From NCBI GenBank assembly GCA_964016885.1, contig OZ024746.1, positions 3,162,001 through 3,226,000 on the forward strand: a DNA stretch of 64,000 nt. Direction: 5' to 3'. The position numbers were made by a program, and so were the translations under genes. The DNA is from Eledone cirrhosa (Eukaryota). The notes below the pieces were generated by a model. That model had not been told where the DNA came from and did no database searches. It was given only the letters and a program-made list of their open reading frames with translations. Shown here in pieces: positions 63,909-64,000 of the stretch (the first letter of the stretch is position 1; each line of letters begins with the position of its first letter).

Positions 63909-64000
63909 CTTGATTGCCTTTTCTAATTTTAAAATGATTCTCTAGACTAGAACAAGAAATGTTACCACTTTCAGTCATGTACTACTCTCAGGTCCCAAAT

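Overview
AT-rich, microsatellite-rich animal genomic DNA, not prokaryotic. The SINE/LINE repertoire suggests a coleoid cephalopod such as octopus (inference). The only host gene I can support is the 5' part of a p190 RhoGAP gene (ARHGAP35/ARHGAP5 family) on the + strand. Four coding exons (18062-18464, 48314-48986, 61524-61736, 62403-62696) splice in frame across GT-AG introns of about 29.8 kb, 12.5 kb and 0.67 kb, and the gene continues past the window. The rest is mobile DNA: (1) an apparently full-length RTE-clade LINE with an intact ORF (2943-6916), a 12-bp TSD, a microsatellite-filled 5' UTR and a PHD-like finger after the RT core; (2) many SINEs and bipartite elements that borrow this LINE's 5'-UTR motif and 3' hairpin; (3) a second, Nin-like SINE that piles up in (ATT)n tracts; (4) two Chapaev3-type DNA transposons, mariner, piggyBac and hAT MITEs, a non-autonomous Helitron, and CR1 and R4/Dong remnants; (5) a 3.2-kb minisatellite of 33-37-bp units. 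The most notable unannotated signal is a set of hammerhead-ribozyme-like motifs in Penelope/retrozyme-like repeats inside the large intron (42.0-43.2 kb, 29.7 kb, 21.6 kb). All calls were made by eye; no database searches or folding were run.
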